In this document: piece by piece, positions 1 through 12,350 of the stretch
Position numbering within the stretch: the first letter of the stretch is position 1
How the letters are laid out: each line of letters opens with the position of its first letter
Source of the DNA: Octopus sinensis
Taxonomy: Eukaryota
DNA length: 64,000 nucleotides
Direction: 5' to 3'
Assembly (NCBI RefSeq): GCF_006345805.1
Contig: NC_042997.1
Coordinates: 139,996,001 to 140,060,000 of the forward strand
Notes under the pieces: generated by a model
What the model was told of the DNA's origin: nothing
The model's input: the letters and a program-made list of their open reading frames with translations, nothing else
The model's database searches: none
Program-made: the position numbers and the translations under genes

Positions 1-539
1 TAACTGTTAAACCACTTTCAACCCACATTCTACTAGCTTAAAAAATAAGGAAGGATGCATAACATAATATAGTTGTAACTTGATACATGATACCTGAAAA
101 TAATTAAAAACATAAACATAATGGTCATAAATGGAATGCTAAACTAGAACTGATCAGTATCAAACAACTGAAAATGTGTAAAAATATTAGGTCTAATGTT
201 TTTGTTTATTTTTCTCCTGTATGTGTGAGTGCATGTGTTTCAATCTGCCTCTTAATTTTTGAATTTATGTATATTCTGCAAAATTAATTTTATTTAAAGG
301 ATAACAATAACAATTATCTTTTATCATTTACTTGTTTCAGTCACTGGACTCTGTGGCTATCCCGGGGCACTACCTCAAAGTGTTTAGTGTAACAAATCAA
401 CCCTAATCCTTTTTTTAAGCGTAGTACTTGTTCTATTGGTTTATTTTGCTGGATCACTATTTTATGGAGACATAAACAAACCAACCGCAGTTGCCAAGTT
501 GAGTTGAGTGACAAACACAAACATATATAAATATATATA

Positions 540-700
540 TACAGTTGGTTCCCACACAGTTTCTGTCCATCAAATTCACTCACAAGGCATCGGTCAGCCT
601 GGGACTATAGTAGAAGACATTTGCCCAAGATACCATGTAAATGGTCTGAACCCAAAACCACATGATTGCTAAGTAAGCCTTTTAGCCACACAACCATGCT
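540..700 (-). mobile_element. tRNA-head SINE fragment (family A head/core)
   Basis: Reverse complement resembles the head and core of the fuller copies at 13529 and 38197 (GGCTGTGTGG..AAG..GGTTCAG..CTTGGGCAAGTGTCTTCTACTATAG..CCTTGTGAGTG). Confidence 0.65.
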
Positions 701-1339
701 CTAAGAAATTGGCAAGGAGGGGAACAATCTATCTTTGCCTGATTTGAAAATGACTGGATATAATTAAATACTGATCTATTGATTCTGACAATCTATTGCT
801 TTTTGACACTTTTTCCATGATGGTATGGAATAGACCGTTTTTCTGAGACAGTGCTTAACAGCTGGATGCTTTTCAAATCACCAACCTTTTTTGTAACTTT
901 TTGGCGACAAATAAGTATACAATGTACTTGTTTTTGAACTGAAATGTTAGAAATCTTTATTATTTCAATTGTTCCTTTTTTCATTACATGCTTTCACTGC
1001 ACAGCTGAGTGCAACTCTGTAGTAAGCATTGTGTATTATAATGTTGTTTTACCAATTATATTGAAAGTATTCTATGTAAGGTGTGTGTGCAGTGTCTGGT
1101 AGTGCTATTTCTGTATGTGTGCAAATCCTGGCATTCTGTTTACACATTTATCAGCATCTTAAGACAATAGTTTATGTTTGTCTCTGATTCTAGATCTCTA
1201 TCTCAAGGTAGTTTCTCCATTTCTTTTAGAAATCTGTAATTCTTTATTGGCACTGACATATCACTCAGAAGACCTTTTTTTTACTAGTAGTCCTTGACAA
1301 TAATATCCAATCAATTTACCTTGATCTCTGTCTAACATT

Positions 1340-2020
1340 ATAAGCAGGCTGACAGAATGTTTGGCAATATTTCTTCAGACTCTACATTCTGAAGTTAACT
1401 TTATCTTTCATCATTTCTGAATTGATAAAAAAAGCAATCAAGTATTGGGGTTAAAGTAATTGACTAACTCCCTCCCATCAAAATTTAATGATCAGTAGAA
1501 ACCAGTATTATTACAGGACAGGAAATTACAAATAATAGTGCAGACTAATAATGTAATGCAGTTAGATTTCTTTGTGTTCAAATCTGATCAAGACCAAGTT
1601 TACCTTTCATTTCTCCAAGGTCAGTGAAATAAACACCAGTATTACACTGGGTCACATTGATTCCATTCTTCTCTTTGGTCTGTGAATACATATTATTTTC
1701 AATTTAAGGGTCTTGGAGGGCAGAATATGAAGTAAGTACTGCTGTTGATCTATTTGACTATATTCTTCCCCCAAATTTATCTCCTTGTATCAATATGAGA
1801 AATCATGGATTGGTAGAATCATTAGTGGATCAAAATGTCTTGCACTATTTAGTTATGGCTCTTTATATTCTGAGTCAAAATTAAATTCAAAGGTCAAATA
1901 CACCTTTCATTCTTCCAGAGGTGAGAAAACAAAGTATAACGCACGTACTGGGGTTGATACAATCAACTGTTTCCTCTCTCCAAAACTTCTAATCTTGTGT
2001 CTGTGTGAGAAAACACTCTG
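1340..2020. mobile_element. cluster of old, degraded family-B SINE fragments
   Basis: Repeated degenerate GTTCAAAT..ACTTT..CTTTCATC..GATAAAA..AGTA motifs, similar to the copies at 4594 and 4841. Confidence 0.5.
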
Positions 2021-3239
2021 AAATTGTGTGGAGGAGCATGTATAACACACTGTAACTTGTATAATGCATTTGTCAAGAAACTAATAGATGTCATGGTTAT
2101 TTGAGAGGAATTCATGAAACATTTTAAAGATAGAGTATTAGTGAAGACTACAGTAAGTATGATAATTTAGAATAACCCTACTCTGAGGACACAAGAAATC
2201 TTCTATCACATCCAGCTCCCAGAATACAAATGAGAACCTTTGTACCCAGAAAGTTTCAATATGAGCAAAACAAACTGTCAGAACTACTATATGAAGTGAA
2301 AGAAGACAAAGAGAATAGCAATGTGTTGAAAATGAGATGAGTCCAATGTGAGGAATACTCAAATGATAAATTACTATTGAGAACTACAGTCTACAAATTA
2401 TGAAGTATTGTACAGGATATGGAAAATTTCATATTCATTTCTGACACCAAAGATGCTCACAGGCATTTTGAAGTATAGCAATTTTGACAAGTATCAGACA
2501 GTCAATATCAGGGATGCACTAACCTAAACTACTTAATGGGTTCTCAGCTGTGTGTGAGTTACTCTAAAATTTTTTCCATGGTTTTTACTAATTTTTGATA
2601 GGTTCATTGTATAATGTCCCTATCCAATGTCTCCTTGACGATATAAATACCACTCTATTTGTGTGGGTTGATGTAATCAACTAGCTGTCTCTCCCTTAAA
2701 ATTGATGTTCTTGCTTAAATCAGAAGTCATTATTTTTATAAGGACAAGTTGAACACTGGGGTGAATGTAATTGACACGCCCCCTGCCCACCAAATTTAAT
2801 GCCTTATACCTCTAGTAGAAAGGATTATTATTAGATGTAGAGAGGGTGTAGATACAGGTTAGCTGCTAGAATAATTGATGATACCTTATTATTAAAGTTC
2901 AACTTCTGAAGTTCTTGCTTTCCAGTCTCCCAGAGTCAGTAAATTGAAATATCTGTAAGATATGCAATTTTGGAGATTGCAGTAGTCTGCTTTGCCAGGA
3001 AAGAATGACAAGATGCTGAATGTAAATACAGATTACATAGAAGAGAAATAAAAGAAAGCACACCATAGCATACAACCATTTTAAGCGGTTGACTAAAAGG
3101 GCAATACTTTAATTTGAACAATGTATAACAACCAACCCAGACAGTAAAGTGTTCTAGAAATATTTATGCATACAAAACAGAGGTATCACTCTCTAGTTAG
3201 CCTTTTCTGCATTAGCCATACAGGTCAGATTACTGATAA

Positions 3240-4420
3240 TCCCAAGGAGTGCTCAAAGCTTAATGTCAAATTCTATGGTAGCACTTTTACTGCTGAAAAT
3301 CCAAATGTACCATTGTCATTGTGACTAACCAAATAGCATGATATCTGTTTACACCTGCAATGTTGCAATATCATCTGAATCTAAAGTATAAAGGCAATAC
3401 TGTTTCCTTAGCTCTAAATTGTGTTACTTATATGTCTCTCAAGCAGTATAAAATTTCCATCATTATTCTTATTGTAAAAGGTGACTGCACATCACCTGTC
3501 TATTATCAACCTGTCAGTCTCATTAGCTACATCAAAAAATTGGAGTTTTACATCGGAGAGATACTCCGGAAATCTATAGCCTTATTCAATTCTCACAATT
3601 TGTACTTATCTCTAACTCCAGCTGCTGTGTACAACTTATTAAATTTCTTGAAGGCGTTATTCAAATTACAGATGGCACCGCATGGGTGGATATTGTCTAT
3701 CTAGAGGTCACCAAAGCATTTAATTGTGCCACAGCAAAGCTCTTGGCAATGGGCTAATCTTTATAACTGGTTAAAGTCCTTCATTGGGTGAAAAAAAATA
3801 GTTGTAGCACAGGGACATTGTGTACCTCTGCAATGGTATGAGGAGTCTTGCATAGATCTGTTCTTGGTTCTCTGTTGCATCTATTAATGAAATAGATGCC
3901 AAATTTATTAAAATACTACATTTCTCAAATTGTGAAAACATTCAAAGGTATTTTGGCAGCATTCAGTAACACTTCCCTCAACTGCTCAATAGCTATCTAT
4001 TTAAAGCTATATATGGCTATGGTGCCTGTATATCTCTTATTTGGAACCCCTATCACATTCTAAATACTAATCTACAGGAAGCTGTCCAGAAATGTGCAAC
4101 TAGATGAATATCTCCATTAGTTACTATACCTGGTTCTCTGGGCATCAACACACTTAAGCTTCAGCATCTAGCAGCTGACTTGGTAGAAGGCCACAAGATT
4201 ACCCATCATCTTCCAACAGTTAACTTAGACCACTTTTTTTAAAAATCAATATCTCTACTACCCATGGATGCATTCATATAAAGGATAGAGCCCCCGCCAG
4301 CACAATAGCCATTTCTTTCAGAAACACTTCATGCTCAGAATTGTCAAAGCATGGGATAATCTACCTCTGTTGGTTGTTTGCTATCAGGGCACTGTATCCT
4401 TAAAAAATTCCAAGCTTCCC
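3240..4420 (+). pseudogene. CR1/L2-like LINE reverse-transcriptase remnant
   Basis: Translates in pieces to YQPVSLIS (NYRPISL-like) at ~3500, a GSVLGPLL-like segment at ~3860 and a late LKLQHLAADL-like segment; many stops and frameshifts. Confidence 0.55.
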
Positions 4421-4593
4421 CAAATTTGCCAATGCCACTCCCGTCTTTTTGCATTTTATGCTGTGTATTGTGCTTGTACTTTTTACAATCATAGTAGTAT
4501 TTCTTCACCGGATTCTGTTTTGTCCCCTCTTTTACCCTTTTCTTATGAGTTGTTTTGCACCTGAGAACTGTGAACAATTAACTGATTATTATT

Positions 4594-4810
4594 AAGGTGG
4601 CGAGCTGGCAGAATCATTAGCACACTGGGAAAAATGTTTTGCGATATTTCGTCCATCTTCACCTTCTGAGTTCAAATTCTGCCAAGGTTGACTTTATCTT
4701 TCATCCTTTCAGGGTCGATTAAATAAGTACCAGTTACACATTGGGATTAATGTAATCGACTTAATCCCTTCCCCCAAATGTGAGGCTCTGTGCTTCCAGT
4801 AGAAAGGATT
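4594..4810 (+). mobile_element. family-B tRNA-head SINE
   Basis: AAGGTGGCGAGCTGGCAGAA head, GAGTTCAAAT B-box, core GACTTT..CTTTCATCCTTTCAGGGTCGATTAAATAAGTACCAG. Confidence 0.8.
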
Positions 4811-4840
4811 GTTGTTGTTATTACTACTACTACTACTACT

Positions 4841-5060
4841 AAGGTGGTGAGCTGGCAGAATGGTTAGCATGCTGGGCGAAATGCTTAGCAGTATTTAACC
4901 TGCCTTCATGTTCTGAGTTCAAATTCCGCTGACGTCGACTTTGCCTTTCATCCTTTCGGGGTTGATGAATTAAATACCAGTGAAACACAGGTTGATTGTA
5001 ATTGACTCATCCCCTCCCCCAAAATTTCAGACCTTGTGTCTATAGTACAAAGGACAAGGG
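4841..5060 (+). mobile_element. family-B tRNA-head SINE (tandem with previous, separated by (TAC)n)
   Basis: Same head, B-box and core as 4594-4810. Confidence 0.8.
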
Positions 5061-5325
5061 TTTCTTTTTTTTTTCTTTTTTTAATGATGTGTAGAGAAAA
5101 AATGATTACCACAAGAAGTGGTAAACAAAGAATGAGTGCCTGATATTTCAGAACCTTTGTCATCATTATTGTTTTAACATCTGGCTTTTTTCTAAGCCAA
5201 ACACATGGCTATGGTTATGTCTTTGACCATTGTGCCATATTTAAAATGCTTAACACATATCTTGACCAATAAGCATTGTAGTACATACATACTCTCTCAC
5301 ACACACACACACACATATATATATA

Positions 5326-5567
5326 TCATCATCATCGTTTAGCGTCCGTTTTCCATGCTAGCATGGGTTGGACGGTTCTACTGGGGTCTGTGAAGCCAGA
5401 AGGCTTCATCAGGCCCAGTCAAATCTGGCAGTGTTTCTACAGCTGGATGCCCTTCCTAACGCCAACCACTCCGTGAGTGTAGTGGGTGCTTTTTACGTGC
5501 CACCTGCACAGGTGCCAGACAGAGCTGGCAAACGGCCACGAACGGATGGTGCTTTTTACGTGCCACC
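5326..5567 (-). mobile_element. RTE-LINE 3' tail / 5'-truncated copy with (GAT)n end
   Basis: Reverse complement nearly identical to 37960-38150, which terminates the RTE coding remnant at 36700-37530. Confidence 0.85.
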
Positions 5568-5964
5568 ATATATATATATTGACCATTTCATCAGTGGAAT
5601 ATTCAATATTAATAAAGAAATTTCCTGTTAATATTTACAAGTTTATAAATTAAAAATTTTTTTGAGTAGTAGTAGTAGTAGTAGTAAGACTATAAAATTA
5701 TTTTCTGAGATGTTTACTTTTCAGCATCTAGCACTCATTTTCAAAGCTTAGTTGTTGTACATTTTCCAATGTGCCACTTAAAAGACTGGTTGGATTTGAG
5801 GAAAACTTTCTTTCTCTAACTTCCACACAAAGCAACTATGTCAAGGCATTCATTGGTTCATCTAGACATAATACATCCCCTCTTTATATATATATATATT
5901 AATCATTCATAGTTGTGCCAATATAGATCGTTTCTCTGAAGAGGTGTAATAAGAGCGAAACATA

Positions 5965-6580
5965 TCTATTGCTTCCCAACTACATGGTCTCAGGTTCAGT
6001 CCCACTGTGTGGCACCTCATGGCAAGTGTTTTCTACTTATTTCTTTACTGACCACAAGGGGCTAAACACAGAGGGGACAAACGAGGACAGACAAATGGAT
6101 TAAGTTGATTATATCGACCCCAGTGCGTAACTGGTACTTATTTAATTGACCCCGAAAGGATGAAAGGCAAAATTAACCTTGGCGGAATTTGAACTCAGAA
6201 CGTAATGGCAGACAAAATATCACTAGGCATTTTGCCCGGCATGCTTAACGTTTTTGCCAGGTCGCCACCTTTCTACTATAGCGCTGAGCCAACCAAAGCC
6301 TTGCGAATGGATTTGGTAGATAGAAACTGATGTATGTGTGTGTATTACTGTCTCCTTGGTTTGACTTCACGTGATGATTGTAAATGAATGCCACCATCAT
6401 GCAAGCAGTGTCCTTCATTTCCAGTCTTCCATGAAAACAATGTTTGGTCATAGGGAATATTACTTGCAAATAGGTGAGAGTCAGTGACAGGAAAGGCATC
6501 TGGTTGTAGAAAATTTACCTCAAGCTCCACCCGAGCCATGCAAGAATGAAAAAGTGAATGTTAAAACAATGGTTATGAAA
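5965..6580 (+). mobile_element. family-A-head SINE with (GAT)-type tail, interrupted by a nested SINE
   Basis: Head at 5965-6037 resumes at 6270 (TTTCTACTATAGC..CCAAAGCCTTG), then the tail GGAAAGGCATCTGG..GTAGAAAA..CATGCAAG..GTTAAAA. Confidence 0.7.
6038..6269 (-). mobile_element. family-B SINE nested in family-A SINE, 8-bp TSD TTTCTACT
   Basis: TTTCTACT at 6030-6037 and 6270-6277 flanks an inverted family-B copy. Confidence 0.85.
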
Positions 6581-6762
6581 TCTAATTGTGCTCATTGCAC
6601 TATATACACATCAATGTATATTTATTTTTCCATGGTTGCATGAGTTTTGAATGGGAAGCCTGCTTCTTTTGTCTCTGCTGGCATGGTTTGGACAAGTATT
6701 ATTAGGGCAGTTCTACAACTGAGTAGCCCTTCTATTGCCAACACTTGTTTAGGTTTATCTCA

Positions 6763-6810
<48 letters not shown>

Positions 6811-6814
6811 GTGT

Positions 6815-7020
6815 GTATATAAATAATGTATATAAATCGTTAGCTCCTACACACATTTTTTCTCTCCTTGTTATTTTTCTGTGTATCTTTCTGTCAAAGA
6901 GCGTAGGCTCAAAACGTAAAAGACTTGTTCTATTTCTATTCCTGAGCGCCATACTAATACATTTGTTTGTTTGTACTCCACCTGCCTTCGTCTTTTGTTT
7001 ATTTTCATAAACCTTCCCGT
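6815..7020. repeat. short interspersed element embedded between (CT)n(TA)n and (TA)n tracts
   Basis: About 200 bp of complex sequence bounded on both sides by dinucleotide microsatellites; contains hairpin GAGC-GTAG-GCTC. Confidence 0.5.
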
Positions 7021-7054
<34 letters not shown>

Positions 7055-7118
7055 CACACACATATGCACATTCAAATTTATATATCATATTTATTTTATT
7101 ATTTATTTCTATTAACAG

Positions 7119-7505
7119 GATGTCAGGCCAAATGAACCAAAGGAACAATGCCGAAGGTCTGAATTCGATAGTTTAATTCCCATGATTGACATGCAATCGG
7201 AATGTCACGGAAGCAAGTTGATGAAAGGATATCAGAAGTTACGAGATGATGAGCATTTATTTGACTATACAATATATGTTGAAAATGAGAGCATATCTGT
7301 TCATAAAACTTTGTTGGCTGCAAGCAGTGACTATTTTCATGCCATGTTGACAGGAAGTATGAAGGAAAGCCGTGAGGACTCTGTAACATTGCGTGGTCTT
7401 ACAGCTATAGGAGTTCAAGCCATTATCAACTTTGCTTACACTGGCTTGTTAGAAATAACAAGCGATAATATAGATGACATTCTCTTAGCTGCTAGCCATC
7501 TTCAG
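7119..7505 (+). CDS. Kelch-like protein, BTB/POZ exon
   Basis: Acceptor TTTCTATTAACAG|G at 7118. Frame open from 7119 (DVRPNE..PMIDMQSECHGSKLMKGYQKLRDDEHLFDYTI..HKTLLAASSDYFHAMLTGSMKES..IINFAYTG..LLAASHLQ). Donor CAG|GTAAAG at 7505/7506, phase 0. The start is either ATG 7182 or an upstream exon that I could not locate. Confidence 0.92.
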
Positions 7506-7989
7506 GTAAAGCTTATTTTTTTAAAAAATTATTTTCTTTTATTCATTTATTATTTTTATCACCTTTGAGAGCAACAGGTAGTTAAATTGCTAGTACTTCA
7601 GACTTCCAATTGAAAGGATTACAATTCATCAACTGTTCCCAATGCTGAGTAAGATCCATGGCGAAAATAATTTAGTTTAAAAGAATCTAGGGACCCATTT
7701 TAATTTAGTTAGGTTTCATGAATTGAGTAAAACTCACTATTGTAAAAAGCAGGAGCATTGTGTAATTGATGATTGTTTCACTAATCTTGCAATGCTAAGT
7801 TAAATTCTTACTATCTATAAAGTTTGAAAAGATGGGCTCTATTACATTGATTTGCCCTTGGTATGGACACTACATAAAACAATGTCTTAAAGGTGTTATG
7901 AGACTCACTGTGTGTGTGTGCATGTACATGTAGCATGGTAGAGAGGTGCTATAAACTAATTTTGATTCCTACTTGTAACCATTTCACTT

Positions 7990-8800
7990 CATGTCACAAC
8001 TACTCTTAGGGAAGGTATATATCATATGACTGAATCTAAGGAGACTTGTGGTGGTCTGCATAGGCAAGACTTGTAGTATTTGGATAAAGCAACAGAAAGA
8101 GTAGTGTAAATACCATGGGGAGTGGATTATCCAGTGTTTCAGAGTCCTTCTTCAGGGTAAAGATGAAAAGAAATGAAAGAAAGACAGCAGTTCTAGCTCT
8201 TCAAAGATTATAAGTAAGATTGCCAGGGTCTGTCTGGCAAGCTAATCACTAATAAGAAACCAAAAGGGATTTCCTTCTTATAGCCTTTACAGATTTTATT
8301 AAAAGATTCTATAATCTCAGTAGAGGCTGCATATCTTTTTACTATTTAATTAGTGATTCAAAAAGAGAAAGCTGTTCCCATGAACTTTGCAGGTCAGATT
8401 ACTGAAACTGATGTAGACGATATTGTCTGAACTTTTCGAGAGCAAAGTTGCTGGAAAAAAAAATGGTGTAGAAATATTCCAGGGATAATAGTTCAGAGAA
8501 GAAAGGCTTGGAAAATTAGATTTAGTGCTGTATTCAAGGAGTGGGATCTAAGACACAGTAAGAAGTGCTTTATGTGGACTTGTGTGGAATGGTGTAGAAA
8601 TATTCCAGGGGTAATAGTTCAGAGAAGAAAGGCTTGCAAAGTTAGATTTAGTGCTGTATTTAAGGAGTGGGATCTAAGACACAGTAAGAAATGCTTTATG
8701 TGGACTTGTGTGAAATGGGTACACAGCATATGAGTTCAGAAAAGCAGACATTATTATTGGCATAGTAAGAAAGGCTGAAGAAAGCAACATATCAGTTATT
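7990..8800 (-). pseudogene. CR1-like LINE 3' remnant containing a 126-bp tandem duplication (8462-8718)
   Basis: Minus strand reads HKALLTVS*IPLLEYS (LYKALVRPHLEYC-like); the unit AATGGTGTAGAAATATTCC.. recurs at 8462 and 8588. Confidence 0.5.
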
Positions 8801-8813
8801 GACACCACAATTA

Positions 8814-9304
8814 CACTGTTTAACAAAATTTCTATTTATCATTTTTTTCTGTTTTTGGTCCGTAAGTGTTATTTCCTATTTGCTTCCATCTAGAAATAAA
8901 AGGAAATGGCTATTATTCCCTTCAAACTCTTCTTTTGTGACCTGGACATTGATGTTTTGAAACTGACATATTGTCCATTACATTTCAGACAAATTTAGTG
9001 CTGAGTTGAAACAGAAATAGTTATTGCAAACATTCTGCTCAACACTACAGATTTGCTTGTCAGTTGTTTGACTATAACCACTCGAGCATGTCCCTTAGTG
9101 GCTGACAATATGTACATTTCTGATCACAAACAGGAGTAGCAGAAGTGCATCATAGCCATGTGTTGAGAGGGGTTCTCTGGGGTTTTAATAAATGTAACAA
9201 AAGGAAAGTTTGAAGGAAATATTAGCCATTTTTCATACTTTATAGGGGTAAGCAAATAGGAAATAACAGTTGCTACCCAAGGTCAAAAATCATGTTACAC
9301 AGTG
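8814..9304. mobile_element. MITE with long imperfect TIRs (CACTGT..ACAGTG)
   Basis: Left GTTATTTCCTATTTGCTT..AAATGGCTATTATTCCCTTCAAACT is complementary to right AGTTTGAAGGAAATATTAGCCATTT..AAGCAAATAGGAAATAAC; a second copy lies at 19625-20044. Confidence 0.75.
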
Positions 9305-10130
9305 TTGTTAATAATCATCTGAACCACTTTCTTTTGGATGTGGTCTAGGATGTTTGCATATATGTGTAGCAACATTGTCCCAGATATGTGAGCAACACTC
9401 ACTATCTTACTCAAACAACTGATCAGAGACAGAGTAGTTTTGGGCTCCAAAGAGAAAGCTTATTTTTGTGATGCAGTTTTGATTGCATATAATCTTTGAA
9501 AGCAATAAATCAGCTTTTCATTTATTGCATACACACACACACACATGCACTACAGTCATCACTTCTAGGTAGTATTTTAACTTTGGAAAAATTGTGTCCT
9601 GTAAGTTGTAGTCAAGAGAAGAAGACAAAGATGTATTTTCAGCTTACTGATTAAACAAAGCAAACTATAATACAATGTCTATTTACCTATATGCCAATAT
9701 TAAAATGTAAAACATTATAATATAGTTTGATGATGAGTACTATACTCCTTTAGATGGTAGAGACACCACTGGAAACTCCATATTCATGTAGTGTATGTAG
9801 GATCAATAGTTTGCCAGGGCTCATGATCTGTGGCCAAGCAGAAATTCAGCATTAAGGGAACAAAACAAATGATTTTACAGCACTGCTATTACTTACAACA
9901 GAAACTTGTTCTTAGCTTATTATGTATGAAACTGTGTTCCAAGTCATTAGAGATTTAAGTGTTTCAACCTTAGATACAGTGTGGTTCCAGCAACAGGTGT
10001 GATTTGCTGGTCTCTTTTGCAATGTCTTGAAATTCTAGCAAGGGAACATTAACTCTATGAGCTCTACAACTTAACACTTGTTAACCTGTTTAGCAGAGAT
10101 ATCTATTTTTGATTTCATCATTACAGTAAG

Positions 10131-10300
10131 CGTGGGCATGGCTGTGTGGTTAGGGAGCTTGCTTCCTAGCTACATGGTTTCGGGTTCATTCCCACTGCGT
10201 GACACTTTGGGCAGGTGTCTTCCACTATAGCCCCGAGTCGACTGAAGCTTTGTGATTGATTTCGGTAGGCGGAAGTTACTGCCGTGTGTGTATATGTGCG
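10131..10300 (+). mobile_element. family-A SINE head/core
   Basis: GGCTGTGTGGTTAGG..GGTTTCGGGTTCATTCCCACTGCGTGACACTTTGGGCAGGTGTCTTCCACTATAG. Confidence 0.75.
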
Positions 10301-11229
10301 TGTAGGTGCTCAGTGCCTCTCCGAAAGAGAGAGAGAGAGAGTTAGTATATAGTAGCATTGTTGCTCAAGGTTTCCAATGGTTCAGCCACTTGTTCAGAGT
10401 ATTTTGGAAGGAAGTGACAAAGGAGTGTCTTAACTAGATTAAGAGCAAATATTTCAAGAAAGCTTGTTAGTAAAGCAAGTTAAGTTTTCACACTAAGGTT
10501 TACATCCTTTGCCAAGATATTGGAGAAAGATACACATGTACCCCAAACATATGACAGGTTTCTGCACAGTTTCTGTATACAAAATTTTACTTGTAAGGTA
10601 TAAGTAGAGTGGTTGTAGACACTTCTTCTAAGTGCTGTGTAGTGGAATTGTACCCAGAACCACATAGTTGTGAAGTGAACTTCTTACCCATACCCATAGT
10701 GAATACTTGCATCTATAACAACTCATTTGGGTGGAATTCAGTGTTACAGATATTTAGACAAGTTGATAAGGATAACTTTCTCCTTCCTCCTACTACTGCT
10801 GGAAGCTCTGAAAAGAGCCAAAGGCAGGTCCTTCCTACTCTGACTAAAATTTAAAAACAAAAGGTGCTGTGTCCTTATAACATAACTCATGCAAGAAAAA
10901 TGCTTACTGACAAATGATCAAGTAGGCTTTCATAAAGCTAGATCTAGCAGAGACTTCCTCTCCTATATCACTTAGCAGTGATCCCTCACCATTGACTTAC
11001 TTCAGGAAAACAATGTTGTAATTAACATTAATAAAACCTTCAGCCATGTCTAACAAGAATCTTCTAGCTAAGGTACCTATCTGTAGTCTTCATCTGTCTC
11101 TCATTCTTTGGACTGGAATCTCCCTGTCAGACTGCATCATCAACATAACTCTTTCTCTAACCATATTCTATCAACACTGATACAGCCCAAGGCTACCTAA
11201 TGTTTCCAATTCTTTGTTGGGCCTCACAG

Positions 11230-11800
11230 AGGCAATGACAGTGAAATCACAGCTGTAGCCTACACCAGTGTCGCATAACCAGTCCATTTAAAAAGTACTG
11301 TTGAATCATCAGGCAACATGCCGTGCTTGAGGAGACCTATTGAGTCAAGTAAATCAAAATCAAATCAAATCACAACCAAATGGAAATTGTAGTCGTGGCT
11401 GTTACCAGTGCTGGTAGCATGCAATAAGAACCATTCATGCGTGGGTTGCTGCCAGAGTCACCTGACTAGGTCCCTGTGCCAGTGGCACGTAAAAAGAACC
11501 ATCCGAACGTGGTTGATGCCAGCCCCCCCCCCCCCCCTGACTGGCTCCTGTGCCAGTGGCATCTAAAAAGCACCATCTGAACATGGCTGATGCCAGTGCT
11601 GCCTGACTGGCTCCCATGCTGGTGGCATGTAAAAAGCAACCACTACACTCTCGGAGTGCTTGGTGTTAGGAAGGGAAGCTAGCTGTAGAAACATTGCCAG
11701 ATTAGATTGGAGCCTTGTGTGGTCTCCTGGCTTGCCAGTCTCCAGTCAAACGATCCAACTCATGCTAGCATGGAAAACGGACGTTAAATGATGATGATAA
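11230..11800 (+). mobile_element. RTE-LINE 3' UTR copy with internal ~60-bp tandem units and (GAT)n tail
   Basis: Repeated GCCAGT..TGACTGGCTCC..GTGCCAGTGGCA..TAAAAAGCACCATC units; ends CATGCTAGCATGGAAAACGGACGTTAAATGATGATGAT. Confidence 0.75.
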
Positions 11801-12014
11801 TTAATGGCCATCTTACTGTCATATTTTTAATACACACATGCACCATCCACAGAGTTCAAACATTTTAGGTCAGACATAAAACTGAATCCATGAACAGAGA
11901 TGGTTCTGAGCATCCCTCAATGGGGACAATACAACTATGTTGCTTTGGACAGTACTAAAGCTAAATCCTTATAGTCTTGTATCTCACCCTCATTAGTTAT
12001 AAAAAAAACCTCTG

Positions 12015-12350
12015 AGCAGGCACAGCTGTGTGGTAAGAAGTTTGCTTTCCAGCCACTTGGTTTTAATTTCAGACCTACAGCACAGCACCTTGGGCAAGTG
12101 TCTTTTATAGTCCCAGGCCAACTGAAACCTTGCGAGTAGATTTGATAGGCAGAAACATCAGATAATTGTTGTAAATGAGTGTCAGTTTCCAATCTTCCAT
12201 AAAAATAGGTCATGGGGGAAATATTACCTTACTTGGAAATGAGTGAGGGTTGGCAACAGGAAAAACATCTAACCTTAAAAAATCTGCCTCAACAAATTCC
12301 GTTTGACCTATGCGAGCATGGAAAGTGGACATTAAAATGATGCTGATGAC
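12015..12350 (+). mobile_element. family-A-head SINE with (GAT)-type tail
   Basis: Head GCTGTGTGGTAAGAAG..CTTGGGCAAGTGTC, then tail GGGAAATATTACC..GAGGGTTGGCAACAGG..AAATCTGCCTCAAC..CATGGAAAGTGGACATTAAAATGATG. Confidence 0.7.

Noticed and set aside
5919-5971. CTGAAGA..GAAACATAT inside a small hairpin
   Set aside because: Stem II does not pair, the cleavage triplet is absent, and the 3' side overlaps a SINE head.
1-7118. Promoter or first exon of the Kelch-like gene
   Set aside because: No CpG-rich island or convincing exon could be distinguished from repeat debris; it may lie outside the window.
7506-7568. 3' end of the listed ORF 7182-7568
   Set aside because: It reads through the GT donor at 7506 into intron; the protein continues at 23364.
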